Shown: positions 39,886-50,333 of the stretch, one piece after another
Numbering within the stretch: the stretch's first letter is position 1
Layout of the letters: each line of letters begins with the position of its first letter
IMG/VR virus record: IMGVR_UViG_3300025942_000001
DNA length: 64,000 nucleotides
Strand: one strand, 5' to 3'
Source: a virus
Taxonomy: Duplodnaviria > Heunggongvirae > Uroviricota > Caudoviricetes
Notes under the pieces: generated by a model
The model's input: only the letters and a program-made list of their open reading frames with translations
Told to the model about the DNA's origin: nothing
Database searches by the model: none
Program-made: the position numbers and the translations under genes

Positions 39886-40784
39886 AGATGGCCACCTTCA
39901 GATTCCCATTTTTGAATATAAGCAATCCATTCTGGATCAAATCCTGGAGACTTGATAAATTCTTCCCAATCCATAGAACAATATTCACATGGATATTCCT
40001 GCTCCACCCCGCCGTCTACAACGGCACAGAGCTTATTGGTATTAGAGTTATGTTTGCCATATCCATATTTACATCCATGCCACTTACAACAATGTGTAGA
40101 GCAGGCGTAGCCATATTTCTCATCCACGTTGATCTTCTTTCAGATTCATGGTGTAAAAACCATCACCACGTCTGGTGAACCATTTAAAATCTACAATATT
40201 GTAAACAACTTTGCCTTCAAGGGTAAGAAAAGTAACTGTGTTATCTTTTAACTCAAGTTCTTCCTCGGCTTCAAGGACAATGCGATCGATTTCCATCACC
40301 GGTAGAAGATCACCTTCAAACGTGTAGCCTAAATAATTATCTTCATTATCATAATGAGCAATAATTTCCATTAAATATCCAATCTCATTGGGCCATATTC
40401 TTTTACGACTTTTGACCACTGTAAACCAACATAAGCTAAAATGTATTCAAAATGGCTTAAGGACCAACCATCATTAGGCTCATCCCAATACCATCTATAA
40501 CCATCACTGTCTCTGACTCTTTTGTCATGTTCTGGCTCTAGCATTATAATCACTCCGCTGCAATTATAAGTCGGTTATTTTTATTTATCAATTTGTACAT
40601 AAGGCAACGGACCCCAGAGTTGATGACTCTCATGTAACTTACTTAATTCAATAGCAGTTTCTTCGTCAAAATGCTTCAGTAAGTGCATCATGACATCATA
40701 ATTGCGCATTGATTGAATCAACAACAATGTTGCCATCTCATTGAGATCCGGTACCTCTACATCTTCTAACTCGCTCATTGGGCT

Positions 40785-40813
40785 AGCCTACACTGACCAG
40801 ACCTAGGAGTCAA
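40785..40813 (-). promoter_or_regulatory. leftward promoter with a leaderless ORF (40581-40778)
   Basis: Minus strand TTGACT-N17-TAGGCT, ATG 6 nt downstream. Confidence 0.75.
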
Positions 40814-40938
40814 GCTCTTCTACATCGAAGCCTAGAGATGCTTCAGTCTTTTCTAGAATCTTATCTTCAGCATCATAAATGTTATCAGCTTCAACAAATT
40901 CAGTTCTTACGTACATATCATCAACATAGACATCTACT

Positions 40939-41637
40939 CTAAACTTGGACATTATATACTGCCTTAAATGTTGATGGGAATAGTGGTTGTGTTAGATCTC
41001 TGACTGCTTTGGCAAACTGTTGAAACTCAAACTGTGCATCATGCTCTAAGCGTTCATTCAGAAGATGTAAAACGCCGGAAAGCGAAGTAGTCCATCGCCA
41101 TCTTACGTACATACCATACGCGGGTAGAAAAAGTCTGGCTTGTTCGGCACAAACACCCATTTCCATCAATCTATTATAATTTCTCAAGCCTTCTTCAATA
41201 AATCTATCAAGTTCTTGAGTAAAAATCTCACCCATTCTTGGATCTACTTGTTCACCTGAGCCCTGCTTGGAATTAGCCGGTGCTTCGCGCCATTCGTTCT
41301 TGGATGGAATATAAAAAGTCGGCTCTTCTGTTACATAACGACGTGAAGATTCGTTCCAACCCTGTTGAGAATCAAGGTGAGCACTGGCAACTGAATATTT
41401 AAACCATTGACGAGCGATCATCAATGGAGCATAGGCTTCAAAAGTAATAACTGCGTGTCTAAACGGTGCGGTGTGATTATTCTTCCATAAGAAGTTAATA
41501 AGTTTATCGTCTTTTTGGTTAAATTCGAGGGATTCTTTGTCGTAACTGACTCTGGCGGCGTTGACTACAGATAAATCTGATCCCATGTGATCTACAAGAC
41601 GCACATAGCCATGATCTAATACATCAATCTTTTGCAA
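40939..41637 (-). CDS. thyX: flavin-dependent thymidylate synthase
   Basis: GSDLSVVNAARVSY, HTAPFRH, PLMIARQW, NESSRRY, AEQARLFLP, HDAQFE. Confidence 0.95.
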   Translation of the reverse strand: MQKIDVLDHGYVRLVDHMGSDLSVVNAARVSYDKESLEFNQKDDKLINFLWKNNHTAPFRHAVITFEAYAPLMIARQWFKYSVASAHLDSQQGWNESSRRYVTEEPTFYIPSKNEWREAPANSKQGSGEQVDPRMGEIFTQELDRFIEEGLRNYNRLMEMGVCAEQARLFLPAYGMYVRWRWTTSLSGVLHLLNERLEHDAQFEFQQFAKAVRDLTQPLFPSTFKAVYNVQV

Positions 41638-41781
41638 TGTAATGCTCCTTTACGTATTCTATAATATTGTGTAGAGCATTGGCTCTTCCTTCAATAACTG
41701 GACCCCATATTAGGTCTAGATCATCGATATAAAGATCATCTAGTTCCTCTTCTACAAAACTTGATAAATCTGACTCATGAC

Positions 41782-43039
41782 TCATTTACGATCACCTTTC
41801 CAATCAGGATCATTAGGACATCCATACATACTGCACAATTTGTCACATGTGTGTTTCATAACATAATTCTCCTCAATAAGCCAAAGAAGTTTGGTCAATG
41901 CATTCTCTTTACCCTGGACCATATGATAGTCATCATATGGATCATATTCTGCCCATAAGTCATCAAGAATATCTTGAATGGCAGAATATATCTCTTCATT
42001 CACCAATTACCATCCCAATAACGCTCAGTATAGCTTTCTCCAACAACATCATCTACAACCTTATTGAAATCATGAATATCAACCCAAGTACGCTTAGAAA
42101 ACAGATCAAACATTTTACTTATAATCCAGCTTGCATGATCAATTCTATAATCATCATAACTATCGCCTAGCCCGCCGAGATTTTCCACATAATGTTTTAC
42201 AACACCGGGAGGCATTACTGTTTCAACCCATTGACCATCTTCCATTTCAGCCGAAGTGTCGTGTGTTTCATAGTATTCACTTAGTTGTTTTAGCTCTTCT
42301 TCAGTCATCTAAATCTCTCCAATAATAGTCGGAAGCTGCGTCCCATGCTTTATCCAATGCTTTGAACCAAGCATCGTATTGTCTATATGACTTATCGCCA
42401 TAATTATTTTCTAATTCAGTAATAGCATTTAGATAAAAATAAATACTGGTATGCCCATGTCTATATCTTTCCATTAATAGATCGCTAAAATCCTCCGGTT
42501 TTTCCAGGTGATCAAAAAGACCATCTATTAAAGCATCATATACTTCTTGATTAAAATCTATCATACTCTAAACTCCGAATCAACAGGTAGATTGATACTA
42601 CACTGACGACAAAACATAATATAATTATATGGATTGAAAGTCATATCAATATATTGTGCGTGAGAGAGCTTTTTCACTCTCTCCCCGCAATCCTGACATT
42701 CAACCCAATACTTATCAGTTGGGTCAATCATACTTCTTCCCAGACCTTGACAATCTTTTCCACTTCACGAACCTCTACGATATCTTCAAGTTCATCTGGA
42801 TCGTCACCTTCATGACTTGTTGCCTCATAAATATCAAATCTGATTGCATATTCATTGTCGATGAGATAAATTGTTTCTGAGTCGTGACCCCATCTACGTT
42901 CACCGACAATTTCATATGACTTTTGCTCATAGGACTTAGCTAGTCCTTCTTCTACTGCATAATAGAGTGCTTCCTCTGGACTGTAATTCTCACTAAAATC
43001 ATGTTTGGCCTTCAAAAACTCAATCAGTTGTTGTTTCAT
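41782..43039 (-). other. run of small acidic hypothetical CDS (41782, 42000, 42301, 42728 and others)
   Basis: Coupled minus-strand ORFs. Confidence 0.65.
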
Positions 43040-43395
43040 TCAATCCATCTCCCTAATTGTTTACAAGCAAAAATACTTCCATCTTCGTTTCTGATAATGT
43101 CATACGGGAAAAGCAGGTCGTCCCGCTCTGGATAAGCCTGCGCTACCATCTGTGAGACCACATAGAACGTGTCTTTTAATGGTCCAGGTAAATTGTATGC
43201 ATGAGTATATTGAACGGCTGAGATTACAACTTCTGTCTCTTGAAAGTCAAAGATGCTCAGTAAATCGGCTTGTTCGTTGAGTCTAGCAGGCGTATGGCAC
43301 GCAGGCAAGATGATCATTCTTTTCTGTCCGTTAGGCCCCTTGCCAGCAATTTGTACTGGATGTGGAGTTAGATTAACTAATTTCAAAGGTACCAT
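43036..43395 (-). CDS. NLTPH-motif protein
   Basis: VNLTPHPV...PARL...LPGP...YVVSQMVAQAYPERDDLLFP. Confidence 0.7.
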   Translation of the reverse strand: MVPLKLVNLTPHPVQIAGKGPNGQKRMIILPACHTPARLNEQADLLSIFDFQETEVVISAVQYTHAYNLPGPLKDTFYVVSQMVAQAYPERDDLLFPYDIIRNEDGSIFACKQLGRWIE

Positions 43396-44007
43396 CTACC
43401 AATCTGCGAGGATTTGCATATGATCTATATGCTTCAACAAGTGGACTCGGATCTGTTTGTTCATACAAACGATCCATTGTGTCTTTATCTGTCATGAAGA
43501 TATCACCTTCAGGACCATCTTCTTTCATGATAAACCAACCAGAAGGAACCTTGGTCCATTCATCTGTATCAGGAACAAGTACTTCTAAAATCATCCTATT
43601 ACTAATAGATCCATGATCAAAACTGGCTCTACATTCTCGATCAGGATTTAGCCATTTACTTACTTCTTTAAACTCTTCAAGTGAAGTCCCACTCCACAGA
43701 AAACCTGTGAGTTTTACTGGCTTTGCTACAAATTTTCTAATCACTCTACGACCTCATATTTCTTCATACAGGCGTTCTTTTCAAATGGGTAATATTCACC
43801 CTCAAGACCTCTAAGCAAATAGTGACCAAAAGGAACATTTGTCCATTGATCTTCAAGCCAATTCCAGACCTTGAGGTGTTCACCATTTGTATTATCAAAG
43901 CGAATATGTGGCGTATAGCCAACAAATGCTTCAATTTCTTCACGATTTTCGCCGGTCCAAAGAACAGCATCTAATTCAATTACTTTACTTCTTAATCTTA
44001 CTGACAT
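43373..44007 (-). other. tandem paralogous CDS (43373-43744, 43741-44007)
   Basis: K.V.L...LW.G...EE...F/V ... WT.VP.G.(F/Y)(I/L)...EG. Confidence 0.75.
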
Positions 44008-44549
44008 TTTATCTCCTAATATCCAGTGTAGTTATTCATCCAACTACGATGTCCGTGATCGATTTCTCTTTGTTGATCTTCTGGCGTATCGAATAATTTA
44101 TAAGGCTTTTTATGGTGATGTGGACCACCCTTGCGGTAAAACTCTACACCATCAGAGCCAACAAAGATAGATCTGTAGCATACGTAGCAAAAGCCTGCAT
44201 ACCATCTGTCTCTAGCTCTCATCAGCGGTCATCCAAATATACCTAGGACCTGAAATGCAAGAATACCTTAATCCCCATGTTCTATTACATTTTCCACAAA
44301 TCCAAATATCATTTTCTTTATAATCATCTGTATTAGGAGTCGGGCAATCTTCACATTTATCGGACCAGAAAGATAAATATCTTTCTATACTGGTACCGGA
44401 TTCTATCACGCCCCATAGATCGTAATCTGTATAACGAGAATTATTTTCATCATGAATTTTACAAAACTTATCGAAATCTTTTTCATTCATAAAAGATTCA
44501 ATAGTCTTAATCATATTTTCTATTTGTTGTTTTGTATTCATTATCATCC

Positions 44550-44729
44550 TTAAAACGGTGGTGGATCAATTACACCAGCTCTATATGACTTATAAAGTCT
44601 CAAGAAATCCATCATTTGATCTGCTGTATATTGATTAAATCTAATATTACGTTCCAAACACATAGCTTCAAAATCCTTGAGTAAATCAATCAAGGTTATT
44701 AGATCTTGCTTGGGTATTGATGTTCTCAT
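44550..44729 (-). CDS. 59-aa hypothetical protein (not in the ORF track)
   Basis: MRTSIPKQDLITL...DPPPF, coupled to its neighbours. Confidence 0.6.
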   Translation of the reverse strand: MRTSIPKQDLITLIDLLKDFEAMCLERNIRFNQYTADQMMDFLRLYKSYRAGVIDPPPF

Positions 44730-45067
44730 TTTCCACTCGCTGTTCCGCCCCTAAAAGGGTTCTCGATATGTTTTTTCTTAGCTTTAAGCTGGTTTAATCT
44801 TTTTGTATTACAAGATTTATGCATCTTAACCACACGTTTTTTGCTTACTCTGACATCCAGAGAAGAATAACTAATTTCTTTTTTGCAAAAATAACATGGA
44901 TTATTTATAATCTTTTTTTCTTCTATCGCAACATTTGTGAACTTTTGATATTCAATATCACGACATTTAAGACATTTTCCAATACTTTTAACAATCTTAT
45001 TCTTAAGGCACAATGGACAATTATGTTTTTTGGCATAGTTATTCATTTTACGTTCATATTGTTCCAT
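44726..45067 (-). CDS. basic Cys-rich (Zn-finger) protein
   Basis: CPLC, CLKC, CYFC; RBS GGAG. Confidence 0.7.
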   Translation of the reverse strand: MEQYERKMNNYAKKHNCPLCLKNKIVKSIGKCLKCRDIEYQKFTNVAIEEKKIINNPCYFCKKEISYSSLDVRVSKKRVVKMHKSCNTKRLNQLKAKKKHIENPFRGGTASGK

Positions 45068-45108
45068 TGAATATTTCTTAATTTCTTTCTCCTAATTTTT
45101 GATATACT

Positions 45109-45138
45109 TCTATACCCCCCCAGCGTGCCTGTAGTCAA
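45109..45138 (-). promoter_or_regulatory. leftward promoter
   Basis: Minus strand TTGACT-N18-TATAGA. Confidence 0.65.
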
Positions 45139-45199
45139 CATACATACAAGAGAAAGTAAATATAACTTGTACAAGAAGTTGTTTTGACTATTTGTGAGA

Positions 45200-45571
45200 C
45201 CAACCTCTACTGCCGCTGTGAAGTCCTCCTAACACGATCATCACACTCTGGTGCTATCCAACGATAGCTTCTTCCACTTATTTAACCAAGCCTAAAGGTG
45301 AGTAGTGGGCAGGAAGAAGGGGAAAAATCGCCACGAGCATTGTAGACATGACAGTAGCACTGTCTACGCTTCTACTCACCCCGACAGTCTTGGCACTAGT
45401 CGCTGTCCTACCACTATCCGTGATTTGCCTTAGATCCTGGGGCAGGATTACCGTGTTTTTTCAACGGAAGACAAACCCTCGGGGCAAAAGAAAAAGCCCC
45501 TAGGAACCACACCACTAGTTCCTAAGGGCCTTTCAAATCTAAGGTCCGGGTAGATCGTGGTGTGTACCCGG
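45200..45571 (-). ncRNA. candidate structured leader/ncRNA in the divergent intergenic region
   Basis: Stems 45546-52/45565-71, 45496-507/45518-29 (U-tail on minus strand), 45297-305/45372-80. Confidence 0.5.
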
Positions 45572-45575
45572 AAGT

Positions 45576-45605
45576 ACCATAACACAGACATCGCGACCTA
45601 GTCAA
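45576..45605 (-). promoter_or_regulatory. leftward promoter
   Basis: Minus strand TTGACT-N18-TATGGT. Confidence 0.65.
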
Positions 45606-45693
45606 GCTGACCTCTGATGTGCTATGATCTTTCCATACAGATAATTCTCTGTACAAGTAATACTATAACACAAGGGACCTAGGTAGCACAAGC

Positions 45694-46677
45694 ATGGATA
45701 TGAGCTTTTATTGCAATGAAGGCGATTTAAATTTAAATGGTGGTTATGGTATAGCAAGCTATAACATAATAACATCGTTACAGAAACTAGGACATGATGT
45801 GAAGTTTAATTCTCCATCATGTCCTTTACAATTATTCTTTTCTTTCCCGACATTTTATGCAGATTTCATTAGACAAAATCAATATAAAATACATTTATTG
45901 GTTTGGGAGTCAACTGAGTTTCCGGAAGGTTGGAAGGAAATATTAGAAGAGGTAGATGAAATTTGGACTGCTTCTAATTGGTGTAAACAAATAGTAGAAG
46001 ACAATGGTTTTAAAGTATCCAATGTTTATCCACATGGAATTGATCCAATGTGGAAGCCACGTAAACGTATCCGATCGGATAAGCTGAGATTTCTCCATGA
46101 TGGAGAACCGGCGGTGAGAAAAGGTGGGCAGATGGCCTTTGACGCTTTTAAAGCTGCTTTTGGTGACTCCACTGATGTGGAATTAATTCTCAAGGCTAAA
46201 CGATCATCATATGTCAGAAAATATGACAGAATGGGTTCTATCGTAGGCGTACCTGATGGTAATGTGCGTGTGATTACCAACACATACGAAATAGAACAAA
46301 TGGTGTCGTTGTATCATCAGTCTCATGTGTTGGTAAGTCCAAGTTACGGTGAGGGTTTCGGCTTCCCGGCATTGCAAGGATTGGCTACTGGGATGCCCGT
46401 AATAAGTACAGGGGAATGGGCACACTACAACAATTATTTAGGGCCTCTATCGCTAAATAGTGCATATGTAACGAGCCCTTGGCCACAGGTGCACCCCGGT
46501 AAAGTAGTCAAGCCTGACTTTGACCATTTGGTAGATCTCTATCGCTATGTGTATGATAACTATGAAGAGCTAGCCAAGACGTATCATCAGCAATCTTTCG
46601 ATATTCATAACGAATATGATTGGCTTAAATTGACCGAAAAAAGTTTTAGAAATATTTCCGATCGCTTAAGTATATAA
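45694..46677 (+). CDS. GT-B (GT4-like) glycosyltransferase
   Basis: GGYG, WES, SNW, RKGG, PSYGEGFGFPALQGLATGMPVI. Confidence 0.88.
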   Translation: MDMSFYCNEGDLNLNGGYGIASYNIITSLQKLGHDVKFNSPSCPLQLFFSFPTFYADFIRQNQYKIHLLVWESTEFPEGWKEILEEVDEIWTASNWCKQIVEDNGFKVSNVYPHGIDPMWKPRKRIRSDKLRFLHDGEPAVRKGGQMAFDAFKAAFGDSTDVELILKAKRSSYVRKYDRMGSIVGVPDGNVRVITNTYEIEQMVSLYHQSHVLVSPSYGEGFGFPALQGLATGMPVISTGEWAHYNNYLGPLSLNSAYVTSPWPQVHPGKVVKPDFDHLVDLYRYVYDNYEELAKTYHQQSFDIHNEYDWLKLTEKSFRNISDRLSI

Positions 46678-46697
46678 GCAGAATGGTATAATGAAAC

Positions 46698-47057
46698 ATG
46701 AAGCAATGTTATCTCTGTGAAAGGAATTTAACATTAGAAAACTTCAATAAAAAACGCAAGGAATGTAAAGAATGTTCCAAAGGCATGAAGCTTGAATATA
46801 GATATGGCATAACTCAGAAGAAATATAATGAGTTGCTTATTTTACAAGGTAACGCCTGCGCAATATGCTTTAGATCTCCTGAAGATGTTGGAGTTTTAGC
46901 AGTAGACCACGATCACGCTTGTTGCCCCACTGAGATATCATGTGGTAAATGCGTTAGAAAATTGCTGTGCACCTATTGCAATAAATCGATCGGCCTTATG
47001 GAAGACGATATTGAACGTCTTCTAATGGCTTCTGAATATTTGAAAAACTATAGCTGA
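46698..47057 (+). CDS. endonuclease VII-family nuclease, free-standing
   Basis: YGIT...QGNACAIC...LAVDHDHACC...CGKCVRKLLCTYCNKSIG. Confidence 0.88.
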   Translation: MKQCYLCERNLTLENFNKKRKECKECSKGMKLEYRYGITQKKYNELLILQGNACAICFRSPEDVGVLAVDHDHACCPTEISCGKCVRKLLCTYCNKSIGLMEDDIERLLMASEYLKNYS

Positions 47058-47118
47058 CGGACAGGTAGCTAAAAGGCTGCCTGTCTATTTTTATCTAAAA
47101 GGAGAGGAGTTAACATTT

Positions 47119-49101
47119 ATGGCTAAGATTGACAAAGATGGTTATATCGATAATGGATACCAACAATTCATCGCGACATCAAAATATGCTAGATGGAATG
47201 ATGAACTTGGGAGAAGAGAAACTTGGCTGGAAACAGTCGACAGATACATGAATTTCATGCGTGAACATTTGCGCACCAATAACAACTATGAATTGACTGA
47301 AGCAGAATATAGTGAAATGCGCGAGGCTATCGCTACAATGGAAGTTCTTCCAAGTATGCGTGCGCTTATGACCGCCGGTCCAGCATTAAAAAAGAATCAT
47401 ATCGCTGCCTATAACTGTTCATACATCCCCGTTGATTCACCAAGAGCATTTGATGAAATACTTTATGTCTTGATGCATGGAACCGGGGTAGGATTTAGTG
47501 TCGAATCAAAATATGTAGAAAAGCTTCCTGTTATTGCTGATGAATTTGAAAAAACTTCAACATTAATCGTTGTAGAAGATTCAAAAGAAGGTTGGCAGAA
47601 AGCGTTCAAAGAATTAATTGCCATGCTTTATGCAGGTAATATTGCAAAATGGGATGTTTCAAAAGTACGTGAAAAAGGTGCTAGATTAAAGACTTTTGGT
47701 GGCCGCGCGAGTGGACCTGATCCTTTGGTTAATCTATTTGAATTTACTACACGTCTTTTCATAAAAGCAGCCGGTAGAAGAATTACAACAATGGAAGCCC
47801 ATGATCTGGTTTGTAAAGTAGCGGAAATAGTAGTAGTCGGCGGTGTAAGACGTTCAGCCCTGATCTCTCTATCAGATCTTAGAGATCCAGAAATAGCAAA
47901 ATCAAAGGTAGGAGAATGGTGGACAAGTAATAATCAACGTGCTCTTGCCAACAATTCGGCAGTTTATGAAAAGAAGCCAAGTCTTGGTGTATTTCTAGAA
48001 GAATGGACTAATCTATATGATTCAAAATCAGGGGAACGAGGAATTTTCAATAGAGAAGCAGCAGCCAAAGCAGCCGGTAGATCTGGTAGACGTCAAATTG
48101 ACGGAATTGAATTTGGAACAAACCCTTGTTCAGAAATTAATCTCAGACCGTATCAATTCTGTAATTTATCCACCATTCCAGTATCAGGACAAGACGACAG
48201 CATCGATTTGGAAAGAAAAGTCCGACTTGCAGCTATATTGGGAACTTGGCAGTCTACTCTTACCAACTTCAAAGGCCTTAGAGCAATCTGGAGAAAGAAT
48301 ACTGAAGAGGAACGTCTACTAGGTGTTTCAATGACTGGTATCTTTGGTAACACATTGCTTAATGGAAAAGATGTCGGTCTTTCAGAAAGACTTGAAAGTT
48401 TTAAAGCTATAGCAGTTGCAACAAACAAAGAGTGGGCAACCAAACTTGGTATTGCTCAATCAACAGCCGTTACCTGTGTAAAGCCGGAAGGTAATTCAAG
48501 TCAGCTTACAAATACATCATCTGGTATTCACCCTTGGTATTCAGAATATTACATTCGTACTGTAAGATCTGATAAGAAAGATCCATTGGGTCAGTTCTTG
48601 CGTGATTCCGGGGTGCCCTGCGAAGACGATGCAATGAATCCTCAAGTTGGAGATGTATTCTCATTCCCTATCAAAGCTCCAGAAGGTGCCCTGACTAGAG
48701 AAGATTTAACTGCTATAGAACATCTTGAACTATGGCTGACATATCAACGTTCATGGTGTGAACATAAGCCTTCAGTTACAATCAACGTCAAGGAAGATGA
48801 ATGGCTGGACGTAGCAGCATGGGTTTACAGAAATTTCGATGAAGTAACTGGTGTTAGCTTCTTGCCTTATTCAGATCACACGTATCAACAAGCACCATAC
48901 CAGCCAGTTAATAAAGAAGAATATGAAAAAGCATTAAGTACAATGCCAGAGAAGCTTGAATGGTCTTTGCTTTCTCATTATGAACAAACTGATGCGGCTG
49001 TCACAGGAACAAAAGATCTAGCTTGTAGTTCAAATAATGGAATGGGCTGTGAAGTTGTCGATTTGGTTTCAGAGCCAATTGATATAAAGCAGATTAGATG
49101 A
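47119..49101 (+). CDS. nrdJ: class II (AdoCbl) ribonucleotide reductase
   Basis: LPSMRAL, YNCSY, GTGVGFS, GGVRRSA, GTNPCSEI, TCVKP, C-terminal ACS...CEV. Confidence 0.95.
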   Translation: MAKIDKDGYIDNGYQQFIATSKYARWNDELGRRETWLETVDRYMNFMREHLRTNNNYELTEAEYSEMREAIATMEVLPSMRALMTAGPALKKNHIAAYNCSYIPVDSPRAFDEILYVLMHGTGVGFSVESKYVEKLPVIADEFEKTSTLIVVEDSKEGWQKAFKELIAMLYAGNIAKWDVSKVREKGARLKTFGGRASGPDPLVNLFEFTTRLFIKAAGRRITTMEAHDLVCKVAEIVVVGGVRRSALISLSDLRDPEIAKSKVGEWWTSNNQRALANNSAVYEKKPSLGVFLEEWTNLYDSKSGERGIFNREAAAKAAGRSGRRQIDGIEFGTNPCSEINLRPYQFCNLSTIPVSGQDDSIDLERKVRLAAILGTWQSTLTNFKGLRAIWRKNTEEERLLGVSMTGIFGNTLLNGKDVGLSERLESFKAIAVATNKEWATKLGIAQSTAVTCVKPEGNSSQLTNTSSGIHPWYSEYYIRTVRSDKKDPLGQFLRDSGVPCEDDAMNPQVGDVFSFPIKAPEGALTREDLTAIEHLELWLTYQRSWCEHKPSVTINVKEDEWLDVAAWVYRNFDEVTGVSFLPYSDHTYQQAPYQPVNKEEYEKALSTMPEKLEWSLLSHYEQTDAAVTGTKDLACSSNNGMGCEVVDLVSEPIDIKQIR

Positions 49102-49167
49102 TATAATCTAATCACCGGCCCCTTGTGACGGGAGAAATAACCTTCGTGTATATTTCGCTACTTTAGG

Positions 49168-49207
49168 ACGAAAGCCAGACTGAAATATGTCTGGCTTTCG
49201 GTATTTT
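49168..49207 (+). terminator. intrinsic terminator
   Basis: CGAAAGCCAGAC-TGAAATAT-GTCTGGCTTTCG then GTATTTT. Confidence 0.75.
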
Positions 49208-49283
49208 AAAGTGCTTTATAGAAATACGCAGAATTTGTTTGCAATATACCCCTATCTATGTCATAATCGATAGGGAGGCAAAA

Positions 49284-50267
49284 ATGGGAATTAGAGGAAT
49301 TGACATTTCCAATCATCAGGCAACAATGGACGTCGAGCGTGTCGTTAAAGAAAACGATATTGACTTCGTTATTGTTCAGGCTAATGATGGAACGTTTAAA
49401 AATGTCTATTTTCAGAGTCAAATAAACGCGGCTAGAAGAGCAGGTGCTCTTGTCGCGGCTTATATGTATCAAAGACCAAATTGGCAACAGACCGTAGACA
49501 ACTTCAAATCAATAGTAAGCAAGGACATACCGGCTATTGTTGACGTTGAAGATGGTAGCGGTGATGCTGATATAACTTATAAAATTCATGAGAATCTTTG
49601 GAATAGTGGATACCGAACACCTACACTTTATCTACCCAAGTGGTACTGGGATAGAATAGGCCAGCCTGGATTACTTGGCTTGCCATCAATATGGAAGTCA
49701 TGGTATCCAAATAATACTCCAGATACTTACGATAATCATTTGGCAAAAGTGCCATCTAGCGTATGGACTGGACACGGTGGGCTACCAGTAAATATTTTAC
49801 AATTTTCCGGTACAGGAAGATTGAAAGGTTACGACGGGAATGTAGATTTGAATTATTTCCCAGGGACAAAAGAACAGCTAGCTAATATATTTGGACAGGA
49901 GGAAGACGAAGATATGGCAACAGCAGAAGAAATTGCAAAGGCAGTATGGGATTATCAATTGGCATCATTGGTTGGTGAGCCTGATGAAAAGGGTGAATTC
50001 GGTAGTTGGACTACGACAGCAGGAAATGCTCTTTCATCATCATGGGCACAGATTTTTAATGCTACTGGTGTTTATGGTCCAAGCTTGGCAGCAGGTCTAG
50101 GTAAGGTAATCAATACACTTGAGGATCTAGCAGGAGCCGTTCCTGGTGGAACTGTTCCAACCAAGGAAGAAATTCTAGCAGTAATAGAAAAAGCTATTAA
50201 GGATAAGGTTCGTGTAGTTGGATCGCTTCAGGTTGATGCAAGACCTGATGGTTCACAAGGACAATAA
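49284..50267 (+). CDS. GH25 muramidase endolysin
   Basis: GIDISNHQ, DVE (DxE), LQFS, VDLN; RBS GGGAGG gives ATG at 49284. Confidence 0.9.
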   Translation: MGIRGIDISNHQATMDVERVVKENDIDFVIVQANDGTFKNVYFQSQINAARRAGALVAAYMYQRPNWQQTVDNFKSIVSKDIPAIVDVEDGSGDADITYKIHENLWNSGYRTPTLYLPKWYWDRIGQPGLLGLPSIWKSWYPNNTPDTYDNHLAKVPSSVWTGHGGLPVNILQFSGTGRLKGYDGNVDLNYFPGTKEQLANIFGQEEDEDMATAEEIAKAVWDYQLASLVGEPDEKGEFGSWTTTAGNALSSSWAQIFNATGVYGPSLAAGLGKVINTLEDLAGAVPGGTVPTKEEILAVIEKAIKDKVRVVGSLQVDARPDGSQGQ

Positions 50268-50270
50268 AGC

Positions 50271-50303
50271 TAAGGCCGATCATTGATCGGCCTTTTGCTT
50301 TTT
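50271..50303 (+). terminator. intrinsic terminator
   Basis: AAGGCCGATC-ATT-GATCGGCCTT followed by a T-run. Confidence 0.8.
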
Positions 50304-50333
50304 CAATACAATTTAAGGTATAATCATATTACA

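Noticed and set aside
43036-43395. AcrIII-1 (DUF1874) ring nuclease
   Set aside because: It lacks the Y(L/I).NAFS start and GH motif of that family; only the different NLTPH-type hypothesis was kept.
45290-45365. Type I toxin peptide (MSTMLVAIFPLLPAHYSPLGLVK, minus strand)
   Set aside because: No RBS and only weakly hydrophobic; unsupported without ribosome profiling.
47057-47119. Cobalamin riboswitch upstream of nrdJ
   Set aside because: The gap is only ~60 nt and has no B12-box.
47119-49101. Intein or intron in the RNR
   Set aside because: 660 aa is a normal length, motifs are contiguous, and there is no C...HN/C splice signature.
49160-49207. Hammerhead ribozyme (GACGAAA...CTGA)
   Set aside because: The GAAA is inside a perfect 12-bp stem with a T-tail and there is no CUGANGA core; it is a terminator.
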